This document shows, in pieces, positions 27,408 through 40,439 of a DNA stretch of 64,000 bases. The DNA comes from Chiloscyllium plagiosum. Taxonomy: Eukaryota. The stretch spans positions 40,193,640 to 40,257,639 of the forward strand of contig NC_057740.1 of the NCBI RefSeq assembly GCF_004010195.1, read 5' to 3'. The notes under the pieces were generated by a model. It saw nothing but the letters and a program-made list of their open reading frames with translations. It did no database searches and had not been told where the DNA came from. The first letter of the stretch is position 1, and every line of letters starts with the position of its first letter. The position numbers were made by a program, and so were the translations under genes.

Positions 27408-27426
27408 GGTGACCTCTGACCTTGAC
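27408..27426 (-). promoter_or_regulatory. Nuclear-receptor DR1 element upstream of TSSK6 copy A
   Basis: Minus strand GTCA-AGGTCA-G-AGGTCA: a perfect DR1 that also contains TCAAGGTCA. 15/17 identical to 39260-39276. Confidence 0.6.
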
Positions 27427-27594
27427 ACCCGAGTGTTATGAGATCACCCTCATCGAGGATAGGCTGGGCTACACTGCCCTCAGTAGGCTGATAGCCAATG
27501 GGCAAGGCTTCCCCAGCAGCTTTTCTGATTGGACTATTTCCCTTAGGATTTCGACTTGGAGAATCTCAAAGAGCATTGGTTTTCTCTCGTCTAC

Positions 27595-27995
27595 TGTGCT
27601 GAATAGGCTGGGATTTTATTCCATAGAGCATTGGAGGCTGAGGGGTGACTTCGTAGAGGTTTACAAAATCATGAAGGGCATAGGTAAGGTGAATAGCCAC
27701 GGTCTTTTGCCAAGGAGAATCCAAACATAAAGGGATAAGATTTAATGTGAGAGGGAAAGGATTTAAAAGGCACCTGAGGGGCAACATTTTCACACTGGGT
27801 AGTGCATGTATGGAACAAACTGCCAGAGGAAGTGGTAGAGGTGGGTACGATTACAAAATTTAAAATATATTTGGACAGGTACATGGATAGGAAAGGTCTA
27901 GAGGGATATGGGCCAAACATGGACAAATGGGACTAGTTCAGTTTGGCACACCCGACTTTGGATCGAAGGGTCTATTTCTGTGCTGTCTGACTCTT
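27595..27995 (+). mobile_element. CR1 3' fragment
   Basis: LNRLGFYSIEHWRLRGDFVEVYKIMKG followed by the CR1 3' UTR. Confidence 0.9.
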
Positions 27996-28289
27996 AAGAT
28001 TCCACCAATGTGATCTGTAAGGTCCATCTGGAAACATAATCCCAGTGGAAATATCCACAGTCCCCATGAGAAAAAGGGCTCTTGCAGGGAAAGGCAACAA
28101 ACAGGAGTCTCTCCATCGTCCTGGTTTGAAGGCTTGCCCCTTGTCTCTTTCCAAGAGGAAATCAAATTGTGCCAAGAGCCTATTTGTGGCCTCAAAAAGT
28201 AGTTAAAGGAAACATTCTGATGAAAAAGCCCTGAAAATCACAAAATAATTAAATATTATTCAGAGAACAGACAGGCACATCATCTACAA

Positions 28290-28760
28290 GAGCAGCGTAA
28301 TGCTTGTTCAGTTCCAGCTGGATTCTGGCGCCCGGTTTGAAATATCCCAGTTCAGGAAGGATGTGAAAGATTTGGAGAGGCTACAGAAGCGATTCACTGG
28401 AATGGTTCTAGAGATGTGAGAGAATAATTATTTAGGGAAGCTGGAGAAACTAGGATTTTCGCCATCGAGTCGAGCAAGCTAAGAGGAGATTTGACCAAGG
28501 CTTGTAGAATGAGAAGGGTAAATAAAGAGAAACTGTTTTCAGTGGCTGAAGGCCAGATGATGAAGAGGCATCTTGATTTTGTGGCTGGTGGTGGACACTT
28601 GGAATGCTGCACTGCCTGATGGGATGGGTATGTTCAGCACTTTTCAAGATGGAGTGGGATTAAAAATTTAGTTGCAGAGGTATGAAGATTGGGCTTTCCT
28701 AGGCTGCTGTTCAAAAAATCTGTCACTGAATGGCATCGCTGTGTGATGTATGATTCTACA
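28290..28760 (+). mobile_element. Old CR1 3' fragment
   Basis: aggaaggatgtgaaagatttggagaggctacagaagcgattcact (RKDVKDLERLQKRFT) with a gattcta-type tail. Confidence 0.7.
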
Positions 28761-30577
28761 ATTCTTATTTAAAGGTTTCCCTTTGTAAGCAGGGAGTCTA
28801 TTTGATTTGTTTATTCTGTACAGACTTTCTGCTCAAGCTACTACATAGTGTCATTGTTCCTTCCAAGTGGGAGGTCTCGCCTGTAAAAGATGCCCCTTTT
28901 CGGCCAAAAGAATGGCTTCCTTGAAAAGCCTTTGCTCAAGGAGCTCAGAGAGGAGACACTCAGACAGGGAGACACTACTGAAGTTTTCTGAGGCAGTTTC
29001 TCAAGGTTTATCCTCACTGGGGATATCCTCTTCTTTTTATCCCAGATTAGGCCTTGAAACTTTAACCATTAACTCATTGTTAACAGTCCCCATGTTCTGT
29101 GAATTAATGTACATTTGAAGAAATAATATTGAGAGTCTGTTTACTGTAGGTTCTGTTTACTGAGAATCCCTGAGTTGCCTGTTTTACTGGAATGTAAATG
29201 ATCAGTATTAGAGCACAATAGACCCGAGAGTTTTATGAGGAACTAATGGTTTCGGCGGCACTGAGTTTTAAAAGCCAATGTCTCATAAACAGGGAAGATT
29301 ATGAGAGAGGTGAAAACCCACAGATTTAAGATTCTGAATAGGAAATAGATCAATTAACATTGTTTTTGATGGTGAACATTCAATAATAAGAGCATGATTG
29401 GAAATTAGAGAGAAGTAATGAATGCAATATTATTGGTCAAACTAGCTTTAGCTTGAAGGGAGGCGAGAGAGAAGTTGGACAGCACTCCCTTTGTCTCACA
29501 TTACAGAGTATCCAAGGAGTATTAGAAAAGGCTTCCACAACAGATGTGAGTTTTGAACAGATTTTGGCTTTATGAAAGAATCAGTTGATTGTAATGAAAG
29601 AAAAGCTTTGTTGTTGTTAAGGGCAATGATAAAGGCAGTTGGGGGGGTGTTGGGGAGACCAGAGATGCTAATAACAACGAAAATGTCAATACATGTAGAA
29701 GGACTCCGGCTGGAGAATAATGCTTGCCTTCAGCTCCAGAAACACCCAACAAACAAGCAACAACTTCCCTTTGACCCCTTTTACCCCATCCCATCAGCTG
29801 ATGGTGATAATCTAACATGATGTCATTCCCACTGCCTCATTGATGTAACCAGGCCTTCTGTAACACAACTGGATATTGAGTGCTGCCTCACTTGTCTGGT
29901 AGGGAAACATTTGTACAGCTGATCCTGATTAAAATAATCCTGCATCTCTCCACAGGCGCTGCTGAATTTCTCCAGAGTTTTAATTTCAGCAGCTGGAGTA
30001 TTTAGCTGTTGTCAATTTGTTGAGTTTGAGCTGTGTTGATGGTAGGGTGACTTGTCTGTGCTGAGGACTGTAAACTCTGGAATAATTGACAAAAGCATCT
30101 CTAACTGTTCTTCCTTAATTTCCTTCTGAAAACCTCTTTGACCAAGTGTTTTAATGTCTTCTTCCTTGGTCTGATGTTTGTCCCCAACAGTCACAATAAA
30201 AGTGCGATTTAACAGCTGGTTGTGATCATGGAAGGGATTTGATTAACAATGGAGCAAGCAGAGATGAAAGAAAAGACTGCCAAAGGTTAGTCCCAAAGCT
30301 GGTAAAATACCAGTTGTCTCTGAGGTCGTCTTCACTTTCCTTAACAGTGTCTTCACATAGCCTTCTTTGGTCCTCTGAAGAGTCTTCTCATCTCTATCAT
30401 ACCAGAAATAGAAACTTCAGTTAATAAGGAGGAATTGGAGAAACTGGGATTGATCTCTTCAAAAAAGAGAAAGTAAGATTTAATGGAGACGTTAAAAACC
30501 ATGAAGGTGAAAGGGTCAGTAACTAAAGAACACAGATTTAATTGGCAAATAAACCAGTACTGGTATGAATTTTATTT

Positions 30578-30930
30578 AGAGTGATAGAGCTGTGCAGCAC
30601 AGAGACAGACCCTTCAATACATGCCACGTATCCTAAATTAATCTAGTCCCATTTGGCCCATATCCCTCTAAATCATTACTATTCATGTACCCATCCAGAT
30701 GCCTTTTAAATGTTGTAATTGTACCAGCCTCCACCACTTCCTCTGGCAGCTCATTCCATACATGCACCACCCACTGTGTGAAAAAGTTGCCCTTTAGGTT
30801 TCTTTTTATATCTTTCCCCTCTCACCCTAAACCTATACCCTCTCTAGCTCTGGGCTCCCCACTCTGGGCAAAAGACCTTGCCTATTCACCCTATTCATGC
30901 CCCTTGCGATTTTATAAACGTCCATAAGAT
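30578..30930 (-). mobile_element. CR1 3' fragment nested in an older plus-strand CR1 remnant (about 30420-31110)
   Basis: Similar to 48440-48810; the flanks resemble a decayed CR1 3' region. Confidence 0.8.
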
Positions 30931-32191
30931 CATTTGACATGGTGAATGATTATGATCAGGAACATGATGCATGAAGGTTTGATGGAAACAGATTCACTAT
31001 TAAGTTTCAAACGGGAATGGGATAAGTGCTTTAACAAGAGAAAACTCACAGGGCCAGAGGGAAAGAGCATGGGGAATGGGGCTGACCAAACGCTGTCCAG
31101 AAAGAGCTCAGTCCTCGGAGGAATATCAAACATTATGGCTGGAGGTAACTCAGGCAACTATTAATCTGATGTCCTGTAATCACAGAAACATCAGTGCTGT
31201 GGATGTGTTGTTGACACCACGTGGATTTTATTCTGTCCTATCACAAGTTACTGGTAGCATCCTAAAACCATTCCCATCTGGATCTGTTGTCAGGTCATTG
31301 GTAAGAGAATGATTGCAAATCGATTGTTGTTGTTGTTGAACTTTATTTGGCTCTTACATTAGTTGTCTTGTCTTTGATAGGCCAATGTGATATTAGTTAT
31401 TATTAATCAGCCTCTTCAGACATGAGAAGACACAATTCTGTATGTTTGTGAGAGACAATATTGTCAGCTAACACACTTTGAGTTTGGATCCTTGGAAATG
31501 AATGTTTGTAATTTACAGTGGTGTAATTACTAATTCACCCTATTATCAGTGGTATGTAGGTGTGTAATGATGTATATGACCTAAATCTAATCACTGTGTC
31601 TTTACCATGTACAATTCTTCAATCTTTGCTACGACAGATCAAATTAATATTCCAGGAGACTTGTTTAGAATTGGTCTCTTGCTTTATTAATAATAATATG
31701 CAGAGCAATAATCACAATCGCGTTCACTTGCTTTAAATAATACAATTTATCTCTTGCACATGAACAGTGGCTAGATGGTCCTTATGGGCTCTAAAATGTA
31801 TTGAGATGTTCCTAAATCATGAAAGGCACTATACAAATGCAAGTTCTTTCTTTGTTGCCGTTTGACAGAAAAATAATGGAGCTGTTATGCTGCCTCAGTT
31901 GGCCATTTTGATTTGTTAACAATGGATTCCTCTGTGCATGGCCCAGAGCAGAAGTTCTTCCTGATCACTGTCCCTGTCTGTTCTGAGCCTTTCACTGATC
32001 CAATAGCTGTAGAAAGTCCTGTTTGCAAAAGTCAGACTTGCCAGATGTTTCTGTGGTTCTTAAGTAACAGCTTCACAGAGAGACCGGGATCAAGGAGTTT
32101 CCATTGCTATAGGTAACAGGTATGTTTCTGATTATCCAGACTAACATGTATTTGTCTCCATATGCTTCTTCTGTGCTAAACTCAGAATGAA

Positions 32192-32325
32192 ATCACACAT
32201 GCTTTCAGAGTGCAGCCCTTTCGTCAGGTGCAGTGGGCTTGTGTGATTTCAAATAAACCTGTTGGACTATAACCTGGTGTTGTGTGACTTCTAACTTTGT
32301 CCATCCCAGTCCAACACCAGCACCT
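32192..32325. mobile_element. Short Penelope-derived element with an inverted 5' segment and an 11-bp direct repeat
   Basis: Flanked by CTCAGAATGAA at 32181-32191 and 32326-32336. The body matches 60125-60290 in the opposite orientation. Hammerhead-like motif on the minus strand at 32195-32231. Confidence 0.75.
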
Positions 32326-33533
32326 CTCAGAATGAAGTACACATTGCTCTTTAAATCCCAGGCTTTCTTTTATAGGAAATAATTTCAATTGTTTACTTTG
32401 GGAAGTGATTCAAAAGAAAATCCCCAAATTATGGCATATCTCCTCTGCCTTCAAAAAATAAGTCACCATAGGACAGCTCTGTCATTCGGGAATTTTAACC
32501 TGAGGGTCAGCACGCCTCGGGTGAGGTTGCGAAGGAGATTCCTTCATGGTAATCTCAGCCAGAGTGGGAACTGAACCCACGCTGTTGGTATCACTCTGTG
32601 CTGTTAAACCAGCTGAATAAAAACAGAAAGAGTTGCAGATACTGTACATCAGAAACAAAAACAGAAATCGCTGGAAAAGCTCAGCAGGGCTGGCAGCATC
32701 TGCGGAGAGAAATCAGAGTTAACATTTCAGGTCCAGTGACCCTTCCTGAGTTCTGAGAGGAGGGGGCTTCCTTGTGGATGAGCTAGCTAGCAAAGCTTAG
32801 GCATTCCGGTTCACAGTCAATTTACTAATATTGGCATAACTTACAAGCTCATATTGCCATAATGTCATTCACTCTCTTGTAATCTGAGTTGCTCCTTGTC
32901 CCAATTTTCTCCAGTTGTCATCATTCAGGTTCTAGTAGAGAAGTCTGGAATTGGAGGGGGGTGGAGTGGTGGGTAGCCTTAGGAATGTCCAGATGCAACT
33001 TAGCGCAGAAAGGGCTCCTGGAACTCTCTACCATAAACTACCCGTTGAGACGGGAATTCAATTCAAAAACTTGAAAGTGATGGTACATTTTTTGTTCAGT
33101 AAAGGTTCCAGAGCCAAGGGGAACAGAAACAGTCAGATCAGAAAACAGGCCAAGCTAACGGGCTGAATGGCCACTTCCTGTTCTTCCATCCTGGGTTTTC
33201 AATTAATTCTTTTTCCCCTCTAAATTGTCTGCTTCCCCATTGGCTGCCAAATAAAAGCATAACAAACTCTGATTTGAGTAATGTTCATCATTGTCATTTC
33301 TATTAAATTTATTGTTACATTAAAAGCTTTTCAAATCACTCTAATCTCAAGAATATTACATATCCCTGGAATATTGTATATGGTTTTGTTCCTCCTGCAT
33401 AAGGAAGAATGTACTTGCCTTCGAGACGGTGCAATGGAGGCTCACTAAACCTGATTTGGGGATAAAAGGATTGCTCTATGAGGAGGGATTAAGTAGAATT
33501 CAAATTTATTTGAATTTTGGAGAATGAGAGGTG

Positions 33534-34128
33534 TTAGAGTCATAGAGATGTACAGCATGGAAACAGACCCTTCAGTCCAGCCCGTCCACGCCAACCAGAT
33601 ATCCCAACCCAATCTAGTCCCACCTGCCAGTACCCGGCCCATATCCCTCCAAACCCTTCCTATTCATATACCCATCCAAATGCTTTTTAAATGTTGTAAT
33701 TGTACCAGTCTCCACTACATCCTCTGGCAGCTCATTCCATACACGTACCACCCTCTGCATGAAAAAGTTGCCCCTTAGGTCTCTTGTATATCTTTCCCCT
33801 CTCGCCCTAAACCTATGCCCTCTAGTTCTGGACTCCCCGACCCAAGGGAAAAGACTTTGTCTATTTATCCTATCTATGCCCCTCAATTTTGTAAACTTCT
33901 ATAAGGTCACCCCTCAGCGTCTGACGCTCCATGGAAAACAGTCCCAGCCTGTTCAGCCTCTCCCTGTAGCTCAGATCCTCCAACCCTGGCAACATCCTTG
34001 TAAATCTTTTCTGAACCCTTTCAAGTTTCACAACGTCTTTCCAATAGGAAGGAGACCAGAATTGCACGCAATATTCCAACAGTGGCCTAACCAATGTCCT
34101 GTACAGCGGCAACATGACCTCCCAACTC
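33534..34128 (-). mobile_element. Young CR1 3' fragment nested in an older plus-strand CR1 (about 33360-34320)
   Basis: LYRTLVRPLLEYCVQFWSPSYWKDVVKLERVQKRFTRMLPG... The host reads through the insertion as agaatgagaggtg|tccttgaaatgtacaaaatt. Confidence 0.92.
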
Positions 34129-34374
34129 TCCTTGAAATGTACAAAATTAGCAGAGGACTTGATATGATAGACACTGGGAGATTGTTTCTCCCTGGGGCTG
34201 GAGAATCTGTTTCAATACTGATACAAAATAAATCCCTTCACTCTCAGGGTTTGTGAATCTTTGGAAATGTCAACGTCAAGGAACTATGGATGGTTTATCA
34301 TGAAGTGTTTTCCAGATAGTATTTTAGTTCATGCTTGGGATGTGGGCATCACTGTCAGGCCCAGCATTTATTAG

Positions 34375-34695
34375 AATCAAAGTGTACCTACAGTGTGAAG
34401 CAGACCATTAGACCCATTGAGCTCACACAGAATCTCTGAAGAGCATCTCATCCTGAAACATCCCATTACCCTGTCTCTGTAACCCTGCATTTCCCATGGC
34501 TAGTCCACCTAACCTACACATGTCTAGACATTATGGGGCAATTTAGCATAGTCAATCCACCCTAACCTGGGCAATGGGAGGAAACTGGAGCACCCAGAGA
34601 AAACCCACGCAGACACGGGAGAATGTGCAAACTCCACACGGACAGTCCCTGGCACTGTGAGGCAGCAGTGCTCACCACTGAGCCACCATGTAGCC
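34375..34695 (-). mobile_element. HE1-like V-SINE
   Basis: aaaacccacgcagacacgggagaatgtgcaaactccacac (V-domain, reverse strand) and a tRNA-like head ccactgagccaccatg. Confidence 0.85.
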
Positions 34696-34809
34696 CAATT
34701 TATTACCCATCCCTAATTCTTTTTGAGAAGCTGATGGGGAATTGCCCTCTTGAACCACTGCAGTCGATTTGCTGTAGGGACCCCCACAATGCTCTGATGG
34801 AGAACGTTC

Positions 34810-35500
34810 CAGAAACAAAACCAGAAATTGCTGAAAAAGCTCAGCAGGTCTGGCAGCATCTATGGAGAGAAATCCGAGTTAACATTTCTGCTGCAGTGAC
34901 CCTTCCTCAGAACTGATGGCAACTAGGAAAACATTGTTTTTTTATGTAGGAGACAGAGATAAGATTCCAGGATTTTGACACAGCAGCATTGAAGGAATAG
35001 CAGAACAGGGGAAGTGGTGGCATTTTGGTAATGTCACTGGACTTATAATCCAGATCCCTAGGTTCTGAGTAAAAAAAAAAGATTGCTGGAAAAGCTCAGC
35101 AGGTCTAGCAGCATCTATGGAGAGAAATCAGAGTTAATGTTTTGGTTGCGCTGACCCTTCCTTGGAAGGGCCAATTTCTATTTTAGGCTCTGATTTACAG
35201 CATCAGCAGTTCTTTCAGTTTTTATTTAATGTTCTGAATACATTGGTTCAAATTTCACCTTGGCAGATGGTAACATTTTAATTCAATTAAAAATCCAACT
35301 CTATGTTAACCTTGTAATGAGTATCAACCGTTGTAAAAATCCATCAGGTTAACTAATGTTCTTTAGGGCGAAACATCTGGCATCCTTACTTGGTCTGGGC
35401 CTATATGTGACTCAACTTTTAACTGCCCTCTGGGCAATTAGAGATGGCAATAAATGCTGGCTTGGCTGGTTGGATGCCCACATTCCATAATCCAAATTTA
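34810..35500. mobile_element. Cluster of palindromic Penelope-derived short elements and a SacSINE1-like SINE
   Basis: Repeated tgctggaaaagctcagcaggtctggcagcatctatggagagaaatcagagttaa arms at about 34830 and 35083 (also 32670, 57553), interleaved with SINE core sequence. Confidence 0.7.
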
Positions 35501-36649
35501 AGAAAAATTATTTCTATATCAGTATAATGTGTGTTTTGCAGGGGGTGGTGTTCCCATGTATCTGCTGCCCCTGTCTGCCTAGATGGAAGTGGTTTTGGGG
35601 TTTGGAAGGTGCTGTCTAAGGATCTTCAGTGAATTTCTGCAGTGCATCTTGTAGATGGTACACACTGTTGCTACTGAGAATTGGTGGTGGAGGGAGTAGG
35701 TGTTTTTGCATGTCGTGCTTATCAAGCAGGCTGCTTTGTTGTCCAGCTTCTTGGGTGTTGTTGGAGCTGCAATGATCAATAGATTTTTGAACACAAAAGA
35801 AGATAAGGGATTTGTGGATCAGGTGGAAATCAAGCATTAGTACAGAATGTCAGTCATGATTGTACTGAATGGCAGGAGAGATTTGAGTTGCTAAATGACT
35901 GACTCCTAATCTTTTTCTTTTAAGATCTTATGTATTTCAGTGCTGCATAGTGCATTTACCAACTTCCAAGTCTATATTCTTGGGTTCATTTTAATCTGCT
36001 GCACTCCCCACTCAGTGGGAATCGTTCACAGGTATTTTATGAGAATTAATTTATTTCTCCACATACAGACTGAGTTAACACAAAATGAAGAGAGGAGCCT
36101 GGCTTTAATTTTTAAACTTAGTTCTAGTTATCTGTGTAACAACAGAAAAAATAACAATGATGTGCTACTGCACATTGGCATTTCACAAGAAAAAAATTCA
36201 CCTTCACTACATTCTGACATACCATCAAGATCAGGACCATACTCTCTGCAGATTCCTATTTTTCAAAACGCTTTTTTGGCTTTTCTGTGTCAGCAGAGTT
36301 CTCATTGCAAACTCCAGGAAGCTGTATCTCTTAGAATTATCACAGGCTTCACAAGCAAAGGATTTTCAAACCCAGTTGGTGAACGATGGCTTTCAGGTGA
36401 CCTAGACTACATGAATGAGATTGTCTGGTTTAATGGATTGTAGAGGAAGGCTTCAGGAGTTGAATGGCCAATATCTGTTACTATGCTCTTGCTTAAGTTA
36501 GTTAAATTGTCTATGAATTAGTTGTTGGCAAAATCAGTTTGTATTTGACATATCTCTTGTGCTCCTGTTACATTTCAATGAAAGTTGTGACTACACAAAT
36601 ACCAACAACAAAAAATTCCAAAATCTTTTCAGAAGAAAGATGGTACAAT

Positions 36650-36848
36650 CCAAAGGTGTGCAGGTTAGGGTGGAATGGCCATGCTAAATTGCCCATAGTA
36701 TTCAGGGATGTGTAGGTTAGGTGCATTAGTCAGGGGAAATGTAGGATAATAGGGTAGGGGAATGGGTCTGCGTGGGTTAATCTTTGGAGGGTTGGTGTGG
36801 ACTTGTTGGATCGATGGGCCTGTTTCCACACTGTAGGGATTCTATGAA
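36650..36848 (+). mobile_element. HE1-like V-SINE 3' half
   Basis: tccaaaggtgtgcaggttagg...ggccatgctaaattgccc...gggcctgtttccacactgtagggattctatg. Confidence 0.8.
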
Positions 36849-37824
36849 AACATCTTGGATGTTGCCTTTAGGTTATTGGATTGCCCAATTCCTAATGGAG
36901 GTGAGAGATTGTCAGGACCATTTTATTTGATACATTTTGATTAGCAATTACATAGCCATTTAATTCAGGGCAAGTTTTAATTTTCAGTTCTTCCAATATG
37001 CAATTAAGGATAGAGTTAACAGTCTATCCATCACCTTCAATATTCAGTCCTTCTGCCATTGGCACACATTAGCAGCAATGTGTACCTTCTACAAGATGTA
37101 TTGAGTAACTTGCTAAGAATCCTTCAACAGTACTTTCCAAACCCATAACTTGTACCATCTCAAAGGGCAAGGCCTGCACATAAGAAGTCCAAGATATTCA
37201 CCATTTTGATTTGGACCCATATTGCTATTGCTTCATTGCCAGTGAAGTCTTGCAACTCCCTTTCTGACAGCATTGTGGGTATTTCTACACTGCAGCCATT
37301 CAAGAAGGCAACTTGTCACCACCACCTCAAGCACAACCAAGGGGTGGTCAATAAATATTAGCCAATTATACCCAACACTCCAAGTTTGATCTGTTTTTAA
37401 GGATCCTTTTCTCCCTTTCTCTCTCAGCTTTGTCGAGATTCTCTTGAAATATATCTAAACTATTCACTTCAAGCACTCCCTGCAGTGGTGGGTTCTCCTC
37501 TCACACCACTGTCTGGGTAAACAGGTCTCTCCTGAACTCCAGATTAGATTTGTTAATATATTTATGACCCCTAATTCTGGACTCACTCAAAAATGGAAAG
37601 TCATCTGCACTGTCAAATTCCTTTATAATCTTCCGGTACAGATTTCTAATCACTAATAAGTTTGCTTTTTCAAAGCTGCCAAGTACCTCAGTGATGGTGG
37701 CAGTAATATGTATGTGACAACAGCCAAACTAGTTTCCCTTCGGCTACGGTTCACTGGGTAGAATCTCCTTCCACTCAAAAGCTCCGACAGTGACTGAAAA
37801 AGAAAGCTTGTGCATTTTCAAAGC

Positions 37825-37830
37825 TTTAAT
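37825..37830 (-). terminator. Candidate poly(A) signal ATTAAA of TSSK6 copy B
   Basis: Minus strand ATTAAA-N9-ATGCACA, the same spacing as copy A. Confidence 0.65.
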
Positions 37831-37919
37831 TGCAAGTGGTTTTAGAAACGTCGTTACACTCATTATGGTAACACTATGAAGAAACTAATGTTCATGCCCC
37901 ATAGGGTTTTTGGGTCACA

Positions 37920-38774
<855 letters not shown>

Positions 38775-38805
38775 TTAGCCTTATGAGTAAACCAGTTCAC
38801 ACTTG

Positions 38806-38872
38806 TGCTGTAATAATTTGCAATTATGAAGTTTCTGCAGGCATCATGTACCTGGTGGCCATTTATAGACAT
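38806..38872 (-). promoter_or_regulatory. Core promoter of TSSK6 copy B (TATA box plus conserved 30-nt block)
   Basis: Minus strand ATGTCTATAAAT (TATA at 38867-38861). Block 38806-38835 is shared with copy A. Confidence 0.7.
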
Positions 38873-39259
38873 GGCCTTGGAAGAAATGTTTGAAAATGTT
38901 GGCAAAAGTCCTGCCTTTTTGATTCTGTGAATGCCCCCAAAAAGATTAGAGTGCAGGAGAACAGCACTACAGTGATGGGGAATTACACAGTAAAGAGTTG
39001 AGTGGTAATGCAAAGTTATGGCTACATCATCTTGCGAGTCCAGGTCCACCCCAGGTTCAGTAACATTTCCATATTCAGCTTGGAGATATATCTCAGTCTT
39101 GGAGATTATTCCATGTGCAAATTAGTGCCTAATTTCCACATAATTTGTGTTTTTACAATCCAGTTTGCTTGATTGTAGTCTATTTGCTTTTGGACAGAGT
39201 GGTGATCCACTGTAACGAGGTCTAACAACATTATCTTGATCGTGCCATGGATGATAGCA

Positions 39260-39360
39260 GGTGACCTTTGAACTTGCTTGTCGAGGGGAGAGGTCAAACA
39301 TACACTCTGACTTCTATGACATCACAAGTTAGACAAGCAAAGGAGGATTGAGTGACCTCA
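39260..39360. promoter_or_regulatory. Distal element of TSSK6 copy B: DR1 plus two CRE-like octamers
   Basis: TGACCT-T-TGAACT at 39262-39274, TGACATCA at 39317-39324 and TGACCTCA at 39353-39360. Confidence 0.55.
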
Positions 39361-40439
39361 TCAGCACAGCAGGCTAATGACGGGCTAAAGGCAACTCCAT
39401 TCACTGAGACGTGAATGCCGTTTTGATGAGGAAACATGGGGTGGAGAGATGTAGGCCTGGCCCATGAGGAAGCCACATCTCCTGATTGCTTACCTTATAG
39501 CACAGGTAACTCTGGTACATTCAATAAACGAAAAGAAACCTTTCTGCTCTATCTGACATGAACTGCAAAGAGGGCTCCTGGGGTGTACATATTATTTTTG
39601 TGGAATAATCATTCATATTTACAGGGCTCTGGGGAAAGAGCAGGGGAGTTAGATCAGTCAGATGGCTTGACAAAGAACCAGCACTAGATGAGTGGGACAA
39701 ATAGTCACTTCCTGGGCTTTATCATTTCACGGTTGTATGAGATGTGCAAACTAAGTTGTATGACTTAATAACTATAAAACCAACTGGAGAAATGTTTGCA
39801 ATGAAAATTAACTTGAGAAATGTATCATAGAATCATAATGGTCAGAAGGATTATATAGAGCTAGGAATATAGTGCATGGAACTGTGTAAATGTTTGACAA
39901 GGAAGGCAATTAGTCAAGGAATTATAATAGAGGATATAATGTTAGGCCAATGATTTGAATATTTTGCTTGATGTCACCTGGAGGTGTAAATGGAAACCTT
40001 TCAGAACTCAGCTTGAGGGAACTCTGGATAAGATAGAATCCAGCCTATTGTTCATTGGTTTTAAAAGACTGGAAGTTGATTGAATGAACAGATTTTTAAA
40101 AAACTCTTTCTCACGTTTTAATGTCCTCTGGGAAGCTCTTGCTTCTAAGGTTGAAGGTAGTGGCTTTATGTCATTTTCCTCAGTTGTGCACAGAGTCCAG
40201 TCAGCAGTGATAACTGAGTGGAATATAATCAGAGATTCAGTTGATGACCTGAAGCAGAGAGTGGAGAAAGATATATAACAGAGATGGGTCTGGGGGTCCT
40301 TTATAAAGGAGGTGAAAATATGAGGTTGAAAGTTCAGGGTCAGCATGAACAAACAGTCTCATTTGGCCTGAGGAAGTGGCGAAAGAAGAGGAATGGAATT
40401 GTTGAAGAGAGTAAGGAGTTTGGCAGGGACCAAAGACAA

